DNA of 63,702 nucleotides, the filler included, from Choristocarpus tenellus KU-1152 (Eukaryota > Protista > Phaeophyceae): NCBI GenBank assembly GCA_964200185.2. It is 10 parts of 10 records of this genome, joined end to end, with 100 filler letters (N's around TTAATTAATTAA, not from the genome) between each part and the next. Parts side by side here need not be neighbours in the genome. Positions count along the whole stretch, not along the records: positions 23,401 to 26,122 come from CAXNAD020025307.1; positions 26,223 to 31,670 come from CAXNAD020010742.1; positions 31,771 to 34,467 come from CAXNAD020025556.1; positions 34,568 to 48,298 come from CAXNAD020001390.1; 6 more parts are not named here. One strand, written 5' to 3'. The notes beneath the pieces are model-generated. The model saw nothing but the letters and a program-made list of their open reading frames with translations. It was not told the DNA's origin and did not search any database. Position 1 is the first letter of the stretch; every line of letters begins with the position of its first letter. Shown one piece after another: positions 25,120 to 35,342 of this stretch. The translations under genes and the position numbers were made by a program.

Positions 25120-25750
25120 TTAAGGCGAATCAGTCGTGCGTCTGACCCACATGACATCACCTGCGTTGACTCAAATCCAAAAGATAGGGCAGGCAAGTAT
25201 TTACGAGTCAATGCATTCTCCTCATCGACGTGCGTGTAAGAGTAGTAGTATTACTAGTAATATGATTATTATTCTTAGTAGTATCATCATCATCAACAAC
25301 AACATAATTTTGACGATCATTAGTAGTATACTTAGTAGTGTAGTAGTAGGATTAGTATTTGTATTACTAATATTCATAGTATTCTTAGTACTAAAATTAG
25401 CATTGCTATTATTTTTGTAGCAGTAAGCAGCAGTACTAGTGTTAGTATTCGTGCTATTATTATAAAAATTGTTATTGTTGGTGTTGTTATTTGTTGTAGT
25501 AGTAGTAGTAGTAGTATTGTTGTTATTGCTGTGACCTCAACATCTTCACGGTGGAAAGTTTTGGGCGCATAGGTAAGCAAGTCGAAAGTTTTCTGGATGA
25601 GTTGGGCACGCACAGCATAGTAGGGGGCAGAGGGACGGGAGGCTACAGGAGGAAAGGAGCTGTCAAATCCCGTTTACGACAGATAGTGTCCATCACAACA
25701 CAATTTGCTCTATTAAGACGTGGAAAATGTCAGAGGGCATACAAAAAAAA
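25120..25750 (+). mobile_element. CRE-like RLE retrotransposon 3' relic, interrupted by low-complexity DNA at about 25240-25530 and lacking most of the 3' UTR
   Basis: DITCVD.. then FTVESFGRIGKQVESFLDELGTHSIVGGRGTGGYRRKGAVKSRLRQIVSITTQFALLRR, followed directly by the family terminus GGAAAATGTCAGAGGGCATA and an A-run. Confidence 0.8.
25240..25530. repeat. Degenerate TAG/ATT/TTG trinucleotide low-complexity tract
   Basis: Runs of AGTAGT, ATTATT, TTGTTG and CATCAT. Confidence 0.85.
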
Positions 25751-25769
25751 TTGTTAATATTATTGTTGA

Positions 25770-26065
25770 TATTATTATTATGCTCTCTGACATATTGCAG
25801 ATGTGTCAGGCAAATAACGTCAACAAAAACTATTCACATGTTAGAATAAAGCCTAAAAAGGTAACAGTGGTCATAAATGTAAAAAACCTTAATCTATTCG
25901 CTATTTTACTACCAATTATGCTACACCGTTCCCTTCCTGTGCCTCTAACCTAGCTTAGTCCTATACTTGAGCGTGAGGGGCTAGGTAGGCATCCCAAGAA
26001 TCTAACAAGCCCCTCCTTGCCCATCTCCCTGGTGCCTCCAGCTTAAACCACACGACACGTCTATT
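25770..26065 (-). mobile_element. CRE-like element 3' UTR, tail-to-tail with the preceding copy
   Basis: Reverse complement aligns with 32740-33030 (TTAAGCTGGAG.CACCAGGGAGATG, TTAGATTCTTGGGATGC, terminal TGTCAGAG..ATAATAAT). Confidence 0.82.
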
Positions 26066-26764
26066 GCATGTGTAGTAAATATTGGGTATTTGATGGTGGT
26101 AGATACAAATAGTAGTAGTAGGNNNNNNNNNNNNNNNNNNNNNNNNNNNNNNNNNNNNNNNNNNNNTTAATTAATTAANNNNNNNNNNNNNNNNNNNNNN
26201 NNNNNNNNNNNNNNNNNNNNNNCCCCCCCAGATACTTTGACCCTTACCCCTGACGATGGTGCACAACAATTCGTATATGAACGTTGGTGAGTGCATGTTC
26301 AGCTCTTGATTGATGTACAACTTCTACTTCCATAAATAAGAATATTTCACAGGTACAAATTCCTCGTCCCATCAAATGTACAGGTAACTGGTACATACAA
26401 CTCATCAGTTCAGAAATATGAAATCTAGCATAATGGTGAGCTTTTAGTGCACCATTATACCTAGCATTCAATTTCATCTGGATAGTGCCCTTTTTTTATT
26501 AAAGATGACTGATAATCTGGAGTATATCAAAGTAGACTTAGTGATAATAATGTCCATATGCATTACTATAGCTTCTAATATAGCTTCTATTATAATACAT
26601 GAGTGAGTTTCCCAGCATAAATTGTATGGTTTTTTCATGTACAAGATTTTATGAAGGTTGTCCTAAACTTGGGACAAGTTACAGATAGTTCATTGTCTTA
26701 TGCACATGTAGTGATCTGCTATAGCAGGAAAAACATGTGAGGACATGGATTAACATTGATTGTT

Positions 26765-26946
26765 GACCGAAAGTATCTGGGGGGGGGATGTCTACACGAG
26801 GGTGCCTATTTGGGGAAAAATCAGGAAAAGTACATTTACAATATCCATTCAACGTATGCAACCAAATCACCCAAAAATCGCGACGTGAAAAAATTGACCC
26901 CAAATGGACAGCCACCCCCCCCCCCCCCCCCCAGATACTTTGAGCC
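26765..26946. mobile_element. MITE family C copy
   Basis: GACCGAAAGTATCTGG..CCAGATACTTTGAGCC, flanked by TGTT on both sides. Truncated ends with the same TIR lie at 26223-26243, 31655-31670 and 31771-31842. Confidence 0.88.
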
Positions 26947-27515
26947 TGTTTCTATGGAAAATTGATCTATAGGGGCTAAGAGTCAGAATGGGGTCGTCCT
27001 ATGTGTTTAATATCAGCATCTTGGCAGTAGTCTTACTCAGATGTACATGCTCAGGTGCTTAAAAGAAAGAACATTTCCAGGCACAATTTGGAACAATCTG
27101 CAGCCCCAGCATATACGAAGGGTATATGGAGTGTAGATGCATAGTTTGTGTAAGTAATAGTTGGCATATAGTCAATGCACCGGGTTTGTCAAGGGGGTAA
27201 TGAAGACATTGTCCCTCCACCAACTCACCTTGATGAAGTTAGTATGAGTATTCTCAACCCAGTGCATAACCTTTTCAAGCTCCATGCCCCTGCCGCCAAC
27301 AACGTTAAATGATTTCAAGTTCGAGGTTATATTCTATCAAGTGGATCTGTCTGGACTTCAGCACTTCCTATGCATGCTTTGAGTTAACATATTTCTCCAA
27401 ACAGGTAAATTGGGCACTAGAAATGTTGGCATCATCTTTCAATACAAGTCCGGCTGCTAGTGAAAGATAAATGTTACACTTTCAATCGTATTTCAAAGTA
27501 AATTTCTGTGTGAAA

Positions 27516-27772
27516 GAGCCAAAGTAACTTAGAGGGTAGAGCCGCGTCCATTTAGGGTTCAAAATACAAAGTTGCGATTTTGATGTAATTTTGGCCATCG
27601 TGTCTATTAGGAAGTGTCAATATCCATGTTTCGGACACACCTTTTGATAACATACATTTTACCTACTCCTAAACTTTTTGGAGTAGAAAAATGTCATAAA
27701 AAAAAACATGGGAAGCCAAGCCCCAAATGGACGAACAGAGCAAAATTCGTACCCTATAAGATAGTTTCACTC
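27516..27772. mobile_element. MITE family B copy, TSD AAA
   Basis: GAGCCAAAGTAACTTAGAGGGTA..TACCCTATAAGATAGTTTCACTC; inverted homolog of 8011-8268. Confidence 0.88.
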
Positions 27773-28436
27773 AAAGCATGAGCATATGCGCAGATCTTTA
27801 TCTCCTGAGCTCTTAAACCACATTTGTTGCTATTGATTGCACTAATGACAGCCTGAGCACATTATGACTTCCCAGCACCTTTGTGGCCGCCTAAAGTAGG
27901 ATACCTGGATGTATTCCCTGCTCTGAGTGCCGACTAGGTTCCTCTACAAGCTGTACAGATGTTCATCACAGAGCTCTAGAGTCGAAGTCCTGGAACATGG
28001 GCTACCGATACAGTGGTGCTCAATTGACACATGCCAGCCTTGGAAGTTGTCCCTATAAGCAATGATGTCTCAAAATTTCCGATGTATATTGAAATGCTCA
28101 CAAATATAACAGTCAGCTGTCCGAACCATTCTACTCCCAATGTCACTTGAAGGGAGGACGGTTGGTAGGACCCAATGCTCCCCATTCTCTAATTTTGTTC
28201 CTAGGTATTTGTGATTGTACCAATAATTGAGGCAGGAAAATGGATGCCCGTTATACAAGTTGCATGACAACGACTCTTATTGCTGTACTTTACATGTACC
28301 GTTATAGAGATTTTTTCCGCATAGACAAACTACATGTCATGTATCTGTACTTCTTGGTTTGCAATTGTCAATGCTATATTGAAAATATTTGGACCTGTGA
28401 AATGTATACTACAATAGTAGTAGGAATTGCACTTAC

Positions 28437-29315
28437 TTGCCTGTTGGCTGATACAGCCTCTGCTATTTCTGTTCTTGCCTCATACACATTCCTGTCTTTC
28501 CTGAGGATTCCGCAAAATACTTCATTCTGGCTCTTCATCTCCTCCTGGAGCTGTTGAGGTTCATTGAAGGATTGTTGTCAGGCACAAGAGTGGGTTTGAG
28601 ACAGAGCACTCTGGTGCACTTGTAGGGAGCCCTGACCTTCAGAAGAGAAGACCAGTATACTTTTCTTGATGACTGGAGTGTGAGCACTGTCCCCATACTG
28701 CATGGCACTGAAGGTGGCAGGTGTTCGCTGAATATCACTGACAGTCGGATTGGGGTGCATCTAGAATGGAGATAACAATGTGTAATCTTACCTCGAACAC
28801 CCGCGCTTCCTCTTCCTGACACTTGCGCGTCAGGGAGTTGACAATTCCGTCATGCCGTCGCCTCTCTTCCTTCGCTTTGACTAGAAGAGTATGCAAGACG
28901 CGCATATCACCAACCAGCTGTTGCTTGTTGTGATCGTTCTCCATAATGTCATCCTTCGCTGTCTGCATAGGAGGAACTGTTGAATGGACAACTCTCGATG
29001 GAATAAAGCTGTACCTCACGTAGAACTTCAATGCTATTTCGAGTAAGAAAGGTCTACCTGGAGCCATTCCAAGATGCCATTGAGCTTGTCCACTTCTTGT
29101 CCGACACCCAGATGATGATCTCGATTTTCTTTCATCATTTGTGACTCAGTATGAGCTAGGAAAGATTTTTCGGCTTGATTGATCTTACATTCCAACTCGC
29201 CCAGGCTTCGACGCAGTGTGTCGTTTTCCACTCTAAGTGCATCGAGTTCATTCCGCTCCTGCTTGTCTGTGTCATTAGCCAGTAAAAATTTGGACAACTT
29301 TGGTAATTCGAACAT
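28437..29315 (-). CDS. Coiled-coil protein of unknown function, partial; exons 29315-29058, 28962-28792, 28550-28437
   Basis: Three phase-0 exons with GT/AG borders (GTAGAC, GTAAGA, GTAAGT) splice into heptad-rich sequence (ELDALRVENDTLRRSLGELECKINQ..LQEEMKSQNE). Start uncertain and 3' exons not found. Confidence 0.65.
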
Positions 29316-29733
29316 TCTTGCTTTGAAAGGATAGCTGCCTTAGATTAGAGCTGTAGTTTCACTCCTGGGATAAATCCTCACGTCAAGTCTTTCCACTCGA
29401 AAGTCTACACGACATGGTAGGGTGAAGGAGAATGAAATAACGAATTCACTTCATTTCGTTTTGTTTGATCAAGACCAAATTACCTAATGGCTGAAACATC
29501 CTCATTCGTGGTGATCAGTCGTGTTTCATTGCATTTAGGGGTCTTCCACTGTTTCCAATTGAGCAAATGGAATTTGATTTTTGAAAATGATAGTCAAGCA
29601 ACGGTTACTTGTTTGGCTGTTTCGAGTCTCCTCATGATTCATAATCACGATCTGGTTTCAGTCGTTCAACTTTTTTTGAGAGGCGACCTACACTTGTGGA
29701 ATCCCAGGACTTTCAGTAGCCATGAGATCAGCT

Positions 29734-30714
29734 ATGTTCTCCGGCTACAACAAGCACGGCACGGCCACTGTCCGACTGGGCAACTGGCAAGAGGAGCAGG
29801 CTCTGAAGGAACTCACAGGAGTGACACGCATTGCAGACCCCCTTAAGGACAGAGCGGCATTCAACGCCAACGGGATTAGGCACGCGAAACAAGGGCTAAG
29901 CTCTTGACCCCGATAAACTTTCCCCTCCAATAACTTCGGTCAGCGTCTTGTTCAGTGGTTCATCGAGCAGGGCTAATGTACTGCGAATCCACAGAGAGCA
30001 TGTCATGTTGACATGTATGCTTTCACCCAACTCCCTGTTTCGCATATACTATCTGATGATCGAAAAAGTTCTAAACCCATCAATAAGCAGCTTCACGATT
30101 CTCTCATTCAAAATGCACCATTTCAGGGCATCTGTCGGAGTGAACAAGGCCACAGTTAACAGGTCATGTTTCATGCTGACATGCATGCTTACTACCAAGT
30201 CCCCTTTCCACATAAATAATCTGATTATCGAAGCAGTTCTTTGCCTACCAATAAACCGTTACACGATTCTCTCTTCCAACACCCACTATTTCAGGGTGGT
30301 TTATCACACAGGGCGGTCCGACAAGAAGGATTCCTTCAAGAGCACATCCAGAGAGACTTTTGGACATCCGTCACTGGTCTGTTTTACAATCAATGCACGA
30401 TGTCACATAATATCCGGACTGTATACTCGAACCAATCCCCCCCCAAACGTTCGGTCTACTTTATTATACTTGTACTAGGTAAGTTGTCACCCTTAGCTTA
30501 AAATGCCTGACAGACAGCAAATACAAACCTGCCAGAAGCGTAATTTTGAACTTTCTTTAGCAGTTTGATGCCAACAATAGCACATTTGTTTGCTACAACG
30601 ATTCCAGACTCTTTATCCTGCCCGTCCTGTCTCCAAAAAGGTTACCGAGGCTAAGAATCGAGCTATCCAAAACCGACCAGGCCCCAGGGCACTGCAAGCA
30701 ATGGAGTCTTATCG
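29734..30714 (+). CDS. NWE-motif ciliary microtubule inner protein, SPAG8-like, 3'-partial; exons 29734-29879, 30127-30162, 30295-30376, 30641-30714
   Basis: MFSGYNKHGTATVRLGNWQEEQALKELTGVTR carries the GNWxEE (NWE) motif. The phase-consistent spliced continuation is ..GIR|ASVGVNKATVNR|VVYHTGRSDKKDSFKSTSRETFGHPSL|VTEAKNRAIQNRPGPRALQAMESYR. Intron 1 needs a GC donor (AG|GCACGC). Confidence 0.7.
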
Positions 30715-30873
30715 GTAAGGTTGTCATTCAATATAAATCAAGTACGAAATCTTGAAAAATGAGGAAGTAGAAGTACCAGCCTCTGCCAGCTGAAGTTAGA
30801 CCAAGGTATACCTGAATTAAACCTTGAGTGATAAACATCCCCCAAGCTGTTTGCCTGATTTCCATTGCCTACT

Positions 30874-31048
30874 GACCCAAAGTATCTGGGGAGGGGGGGG
30901 GGTCTACACCAGGGTGTCCATTTGAACCAAAATCAGGAAAAGTGTATTCATTATCCATCGGAAGTATGCAACCAAATTGCCAAAAATCGTGACATGAAAA
31001 AATTGACCCCTAACGACAGCTGCCACCCCCCCTCAGATACTTTAAGTC
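30874..31048. mobile_element. MITE family C copy, TSD ACT
   Basis: GACCCAAAGTATCTGG..CAGATACTTTAAGTC with ACT on both sides. Confidence 0.9.
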
Positions 31049-32639
31049 ACTTATTAGCTGAACGTTATGCTATGATTACTCTGGACACCCCACCAGTATG
31101 CAACCAGATGTTTCACACTAGGCAGGGACCTACCTATATATAAAGTACCTCCATGTAATTTGCACTAAACGGGCAACTACTCATCTTTTCTAGTGAAGTA
31201 GATAATAGTAGCCTTCAATGGTTGGTGTGGAAGCCTTGAGTCAACTGTTCAATTTTGTGTACTGATGACATATTCCTCCATCACTGACCATGAACCTACA
31301 ATGCTTAGTAGTCTGAGCAGTTGGGATAATATTTTGAGCTTCAGCATATTTAAAGCTCATCTCTAGACATTATCATCCCGAGATATCAATGGGCTTTAGT
31401 AGTCAAGGTCAAAACATGAGCCGCCAGGAGGGGATCTTCGATGCGGTATCTGTACCTCTTTGCTCCACTGCAGTCACAGCTGTGGAGAGGTATTGGCTTT
31501 GTCCAGAGGAACAATGCTTCAAATGCTGTATAGTATCTTACCTAATCTCCTCTTTGTTGAGGACTCCCACCACAGCTGAAATTTGGCCTTGGGTATAGTT
31601 ATGATAGATACACTGTCCTTACACAGTTAAGATGGGATGTTTCATAATCATGGAGACCCAAAGTATCTGGNNNNNNNNNNNNNNNNNNNNNNNNNNNNNN
31701 NNNNNNNNNNNNNNTTAATTAATTAANNNNNNNNNNNNNNNNNNNNNNNNNNNNNNNNNNNNNNNNNNNNAGCAAAAAAAGAGTTGTTTGACCGAAACGG
31801 ACGCCCCCTCACAACCCCTCCCCCCCCCAGATACTTTGAGTCTCATGAAGAACTTGGGCAACACTATCCAAGCCTGAGATGACAGTCAATCTGGCAACTA
31901 TTGGTTGGGCTTGCTCTCTTCATCCTAACCTTCATATCCTCGTCTTGTGATGTGACAACACCATCTACGGATTTCAGAGCTAAGGTTGCACCTCGAAAGT
32001 CCTTACCGCTCTACCAAGGTCATCTACCTGATCTGCTGTGGGGCTACTGACCTGTCTGTAACAATTTGTTCACGTGGGTGATTGATATGAACAGCTCGAA
32101 GAGTCACCTTTTTTTGCCACAAGTGCCTCTTGTGTTCAACCCCGTGTACTTGACCACTGGTGCACCTGCTTGAATTCTATCTGGGTTACTGCATGGGTGT
32201 GACCACTGGTGTACCTAACTCTCGTGATTTGAATACCTTACTCTCATTTCTCAGCTCCAAGTTGTACTCTGACAAGAGTACAAATACAATCAGGTGTCTG
32301 GACTGCACGATTTAAGGCATGGCTCTATAAAGATGCAACAAATTACTCCTTACGATCATTCTGTCACTGTGATCCAACCAGTTGCTGACTTTCACCAAGT
32401 GTCTGTACTGCAACACACTCCCCATCGCATGAGAGCTAAAGAAAAACCTTCACTCCCGCAGGCACCTTCCATCTTTTCTGGAGATGCTTGGCGCATCGGC
32501 AAGCCAGCGGTTAAATATTTACTGTTTCAATATTTCAAAGGAACATGAGGTAAATTTGTCACCACAATTTTTTCCCAAAATGAAGTGCGAGTGAAGTTGG
32601 CAAACTACCCACTATCCGTGGAAGCAACCCATAATAATA

Positions 32640-33030
32640 ATATGTAGGGGGGAGAGGAACTGGAGGCTACACCAGGAAAGGGGTGGTCAAATCCAGCCTA
32701 CGACATATAGTCTCTGTTTCGACGCAGGTGGCCCTGTCTAGATGTGTCATGTGTTTTAAGCTGGAGTCACCAGGGAGATGAGAAAGGAGGAACTGGTTAG
32801 ATTCTTGGGATGCTCCCCTAACTCCTCACACTGGGGTGCAGGAATAGCTAGGTTGGAGGCACAGGAAGGCAGTGGTACAGCATACCTGGTAATAAAATAG
32901 TAAATTGATTAATGTTTTTCACATTTTTGACAACTGTTACTCTTTTAGGGATTTTTCTGACATGTGTATAGTTTTGATTATTTTTTTCCCCTGACGCATA
33001 TGGAAAATGTCAGAGGGTATAATAATAAAA
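32640..33030 (+). mobile_element. 5'-truncated CRE-like element: ORF C-terminus, 3' UTR and AAT-rich tail
   Basis: GGRGTGGYTRKGVVKSSLRHIVSVSTQVALSR, then UTR ending GGAAAATGTCAGAGGGTATAATAATAAAA. Confidence 0.83.
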
Positions 33031-34567
33031 TATAATATGTAGATTGAAGGTTGAGGCTTGTAAGTAACATAAAAATGAATTGTAACACACAACATCTACC
33101 CAGTTGGCATCACCCTTGAGTTACAATCACCACACTACACCGAAATACTCCTACAGTTGTAACATTACTTTATGCAACCAACCTCATGAAATACTCTGGA
33201 CATGGATTGCAACAGCTTGTTTTTGGATAATTCTTTGTAATTACCCAAAGAACTTCTCTGCCCCCCCCCTCAATATTTGCTCCGTCACGGCATTCCACCA
33301 CTACTACTGCTGTATGCTTCGAGGTGCTGTATTAGTAATGGTTTCGTACTGTATGTATGTAGCGAGTCACGACAAAATAGAGGGGTCAAGGAACACTTCA
33401 CTACTAGAACAATGTAACCTATTTATCCCTATACTACAAGGTAGAGCATTGTATTTTTGCGATGATAGAGACATGATCGAGAAAATAGAAACCATTGTTG
33501 TACCATAGCTTAGGATTTATGCCTCTTTGCTTTACCAGGGATAACATGTACGAAATTGATACCTTACACCTTGTAGAGAAAATGTTTTAAAGGGTAGGCA
33601 AGCCCTGACTAAGAAGAAATTTAGTTTTAGTAAATCGAGGAGGGTTGCATTACGTTTTCGTTTATCATGGAGATGATGGTAGAGCTCTGTACTAGAAATA
33701 GTATCAAGTTTGCCACTGCTGACGACAACCCTGACACGTACACCCCTCACCCACATATATAACAAATACACAACATAGATCGTTCGAACTTTTGCCACAC
33801 CCGTCACTCCCTTCACATCGACACAACGCGTCACATCAAGATAACACAATGCACTTATGAAAGACTGCACAGATTGTATATACACACCTACAACCATCAC
33901 CACCTTTTCTCGTAGAAGTCTGTCAATCGGTAAACTCGTGCAAAAATTACGACTTCATCTTTTCTTTCCAGGGCCAACGTCGACAACATACCCATCGCTT
34001 TTAACAGGAACACATACCACGTACACTATATATACATGATTTTCCCCGTCCCCCTGGACCTGATCCATCCTTGCCACTCGCATCGATCTGCACCCTCCCG
34101 TGTTAAAGTATCCCCAAAATCATCAAAGGGAGTAAAGGTGATAAACCCAGCGAGATTGCTTGGTGTCTGTAGAGTGATTGATTAAATTTAGGTGGGGCAC
34201 GCAAGGCCCCATAAAATCAGAAATATTTCCTTTTATATGAGACAAATTATCATTCAAACTAATCACTAGTAAAAGATTCTGATACCTCAACCACTAATCG
34301 ATTGTTCTTTTACTCCATACATATTTTACCGTAACTGTCTGATAGAGTTGGAAGAGTCTAATTGAACACCCTCCCTCGCTTAAACAACTCTTGAGAAATT
34401 ACAAGAAAACAATTATGAATCCAAGGAGACTCCTCAGGTCAATCCTGTAAGGCAAGAAAATAACCAGNNNNNNNNNNNNNNNNNNNNNNNNNNNNNNNNN
34501 NNNNNNNNNNNTTAATTAATTAANNNNNNNNNNNNNNNNNNNNNNNNNNNNNNNNNNNNNNNNNNNN

Positions 34568-34845
34568 ATGGGCACGGAGGGGTTTGTTGGATTCTTGGGA
34601 TGCCTCCCTAGCTCCCCCACCCGGGGCGCAGGAGTAGGTCGATGGGAAGCACAGGAAGACAGTAGTACAATATAGATAGAGGTGAAGTAACTGATTAGTG
34701 GTTTTCACACTTGCAGTGTTTTACGTGTTTTCACATTTCTGATATTTTATTTCCTTAGGGCTTATACTGACATGTGTATAGTTCTCATTTGTTTTCCCCT
34801 TGACACATCTGCAAAATATCAGAGGACATAATAATATAATGGTAA
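34568..34845 (+). mobile_element. CRE-like element 3' UTR at contig start
   Basis: GATTCTTGGGATGC..CTGACATGTGTATAGTT..TGACACATCTGCAAAATATCAGAGGACATAATAAT aligns with 32780-33030. Confidence 0.8.
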
Positions 34846-35342
34846 TAGTCACAACTTCTACTACTATTTTTATTATTATGCTCTCTAATCGTAACCCTCT
34901 TTACACTTTTGTCATATATATTTTTTTGTTTTCCTTTCCATTTATTGGTGCCTCATGCGTGGTGGTGTCTACTCGGCACATTTTCATACCATAGAAAGAG
35001 AAAGAGGAGAAAGAAATATTGGTTGTAACCTAAATATTGTTCCGTGAATGACGTCACAGACCACACGCTTGATGAAGACGACACACAAATGGCACACGTC
35101 CTTTCAACACAACGCAACTTCTCTCTTCCGTCTTTCACCCTTCACCTTTCACCTTTCACCTTTTATACCCTATGCCTACGGTTGCAGAGTTAATCCCTTC
35201 AAGACAAGAAAGAAATATATATGGTGCTGTGACTCTATAGGTTCTTTCTTTACTTGTGGGTAAAGGGCAACTGGCACTGATCGACTTCCATTTCACCATT
35301 GTCTAGGAGTCTTTGAAGACGATCTGAGTCACAAGGCAGACC

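Noticed and set aside
25136-25613. Hydrophobic membrane-protein-like ORFs
   Set aside because: They are translations of a TAG/ATT/TTG low-complexity tract.
29948-30478. 176-aa ORF with an internal peptide repeat as a stand-alone gene
   Set aside because: TTG start; better explained as exons 2-3 of the NWE gene plus stop-free duplicated introns.
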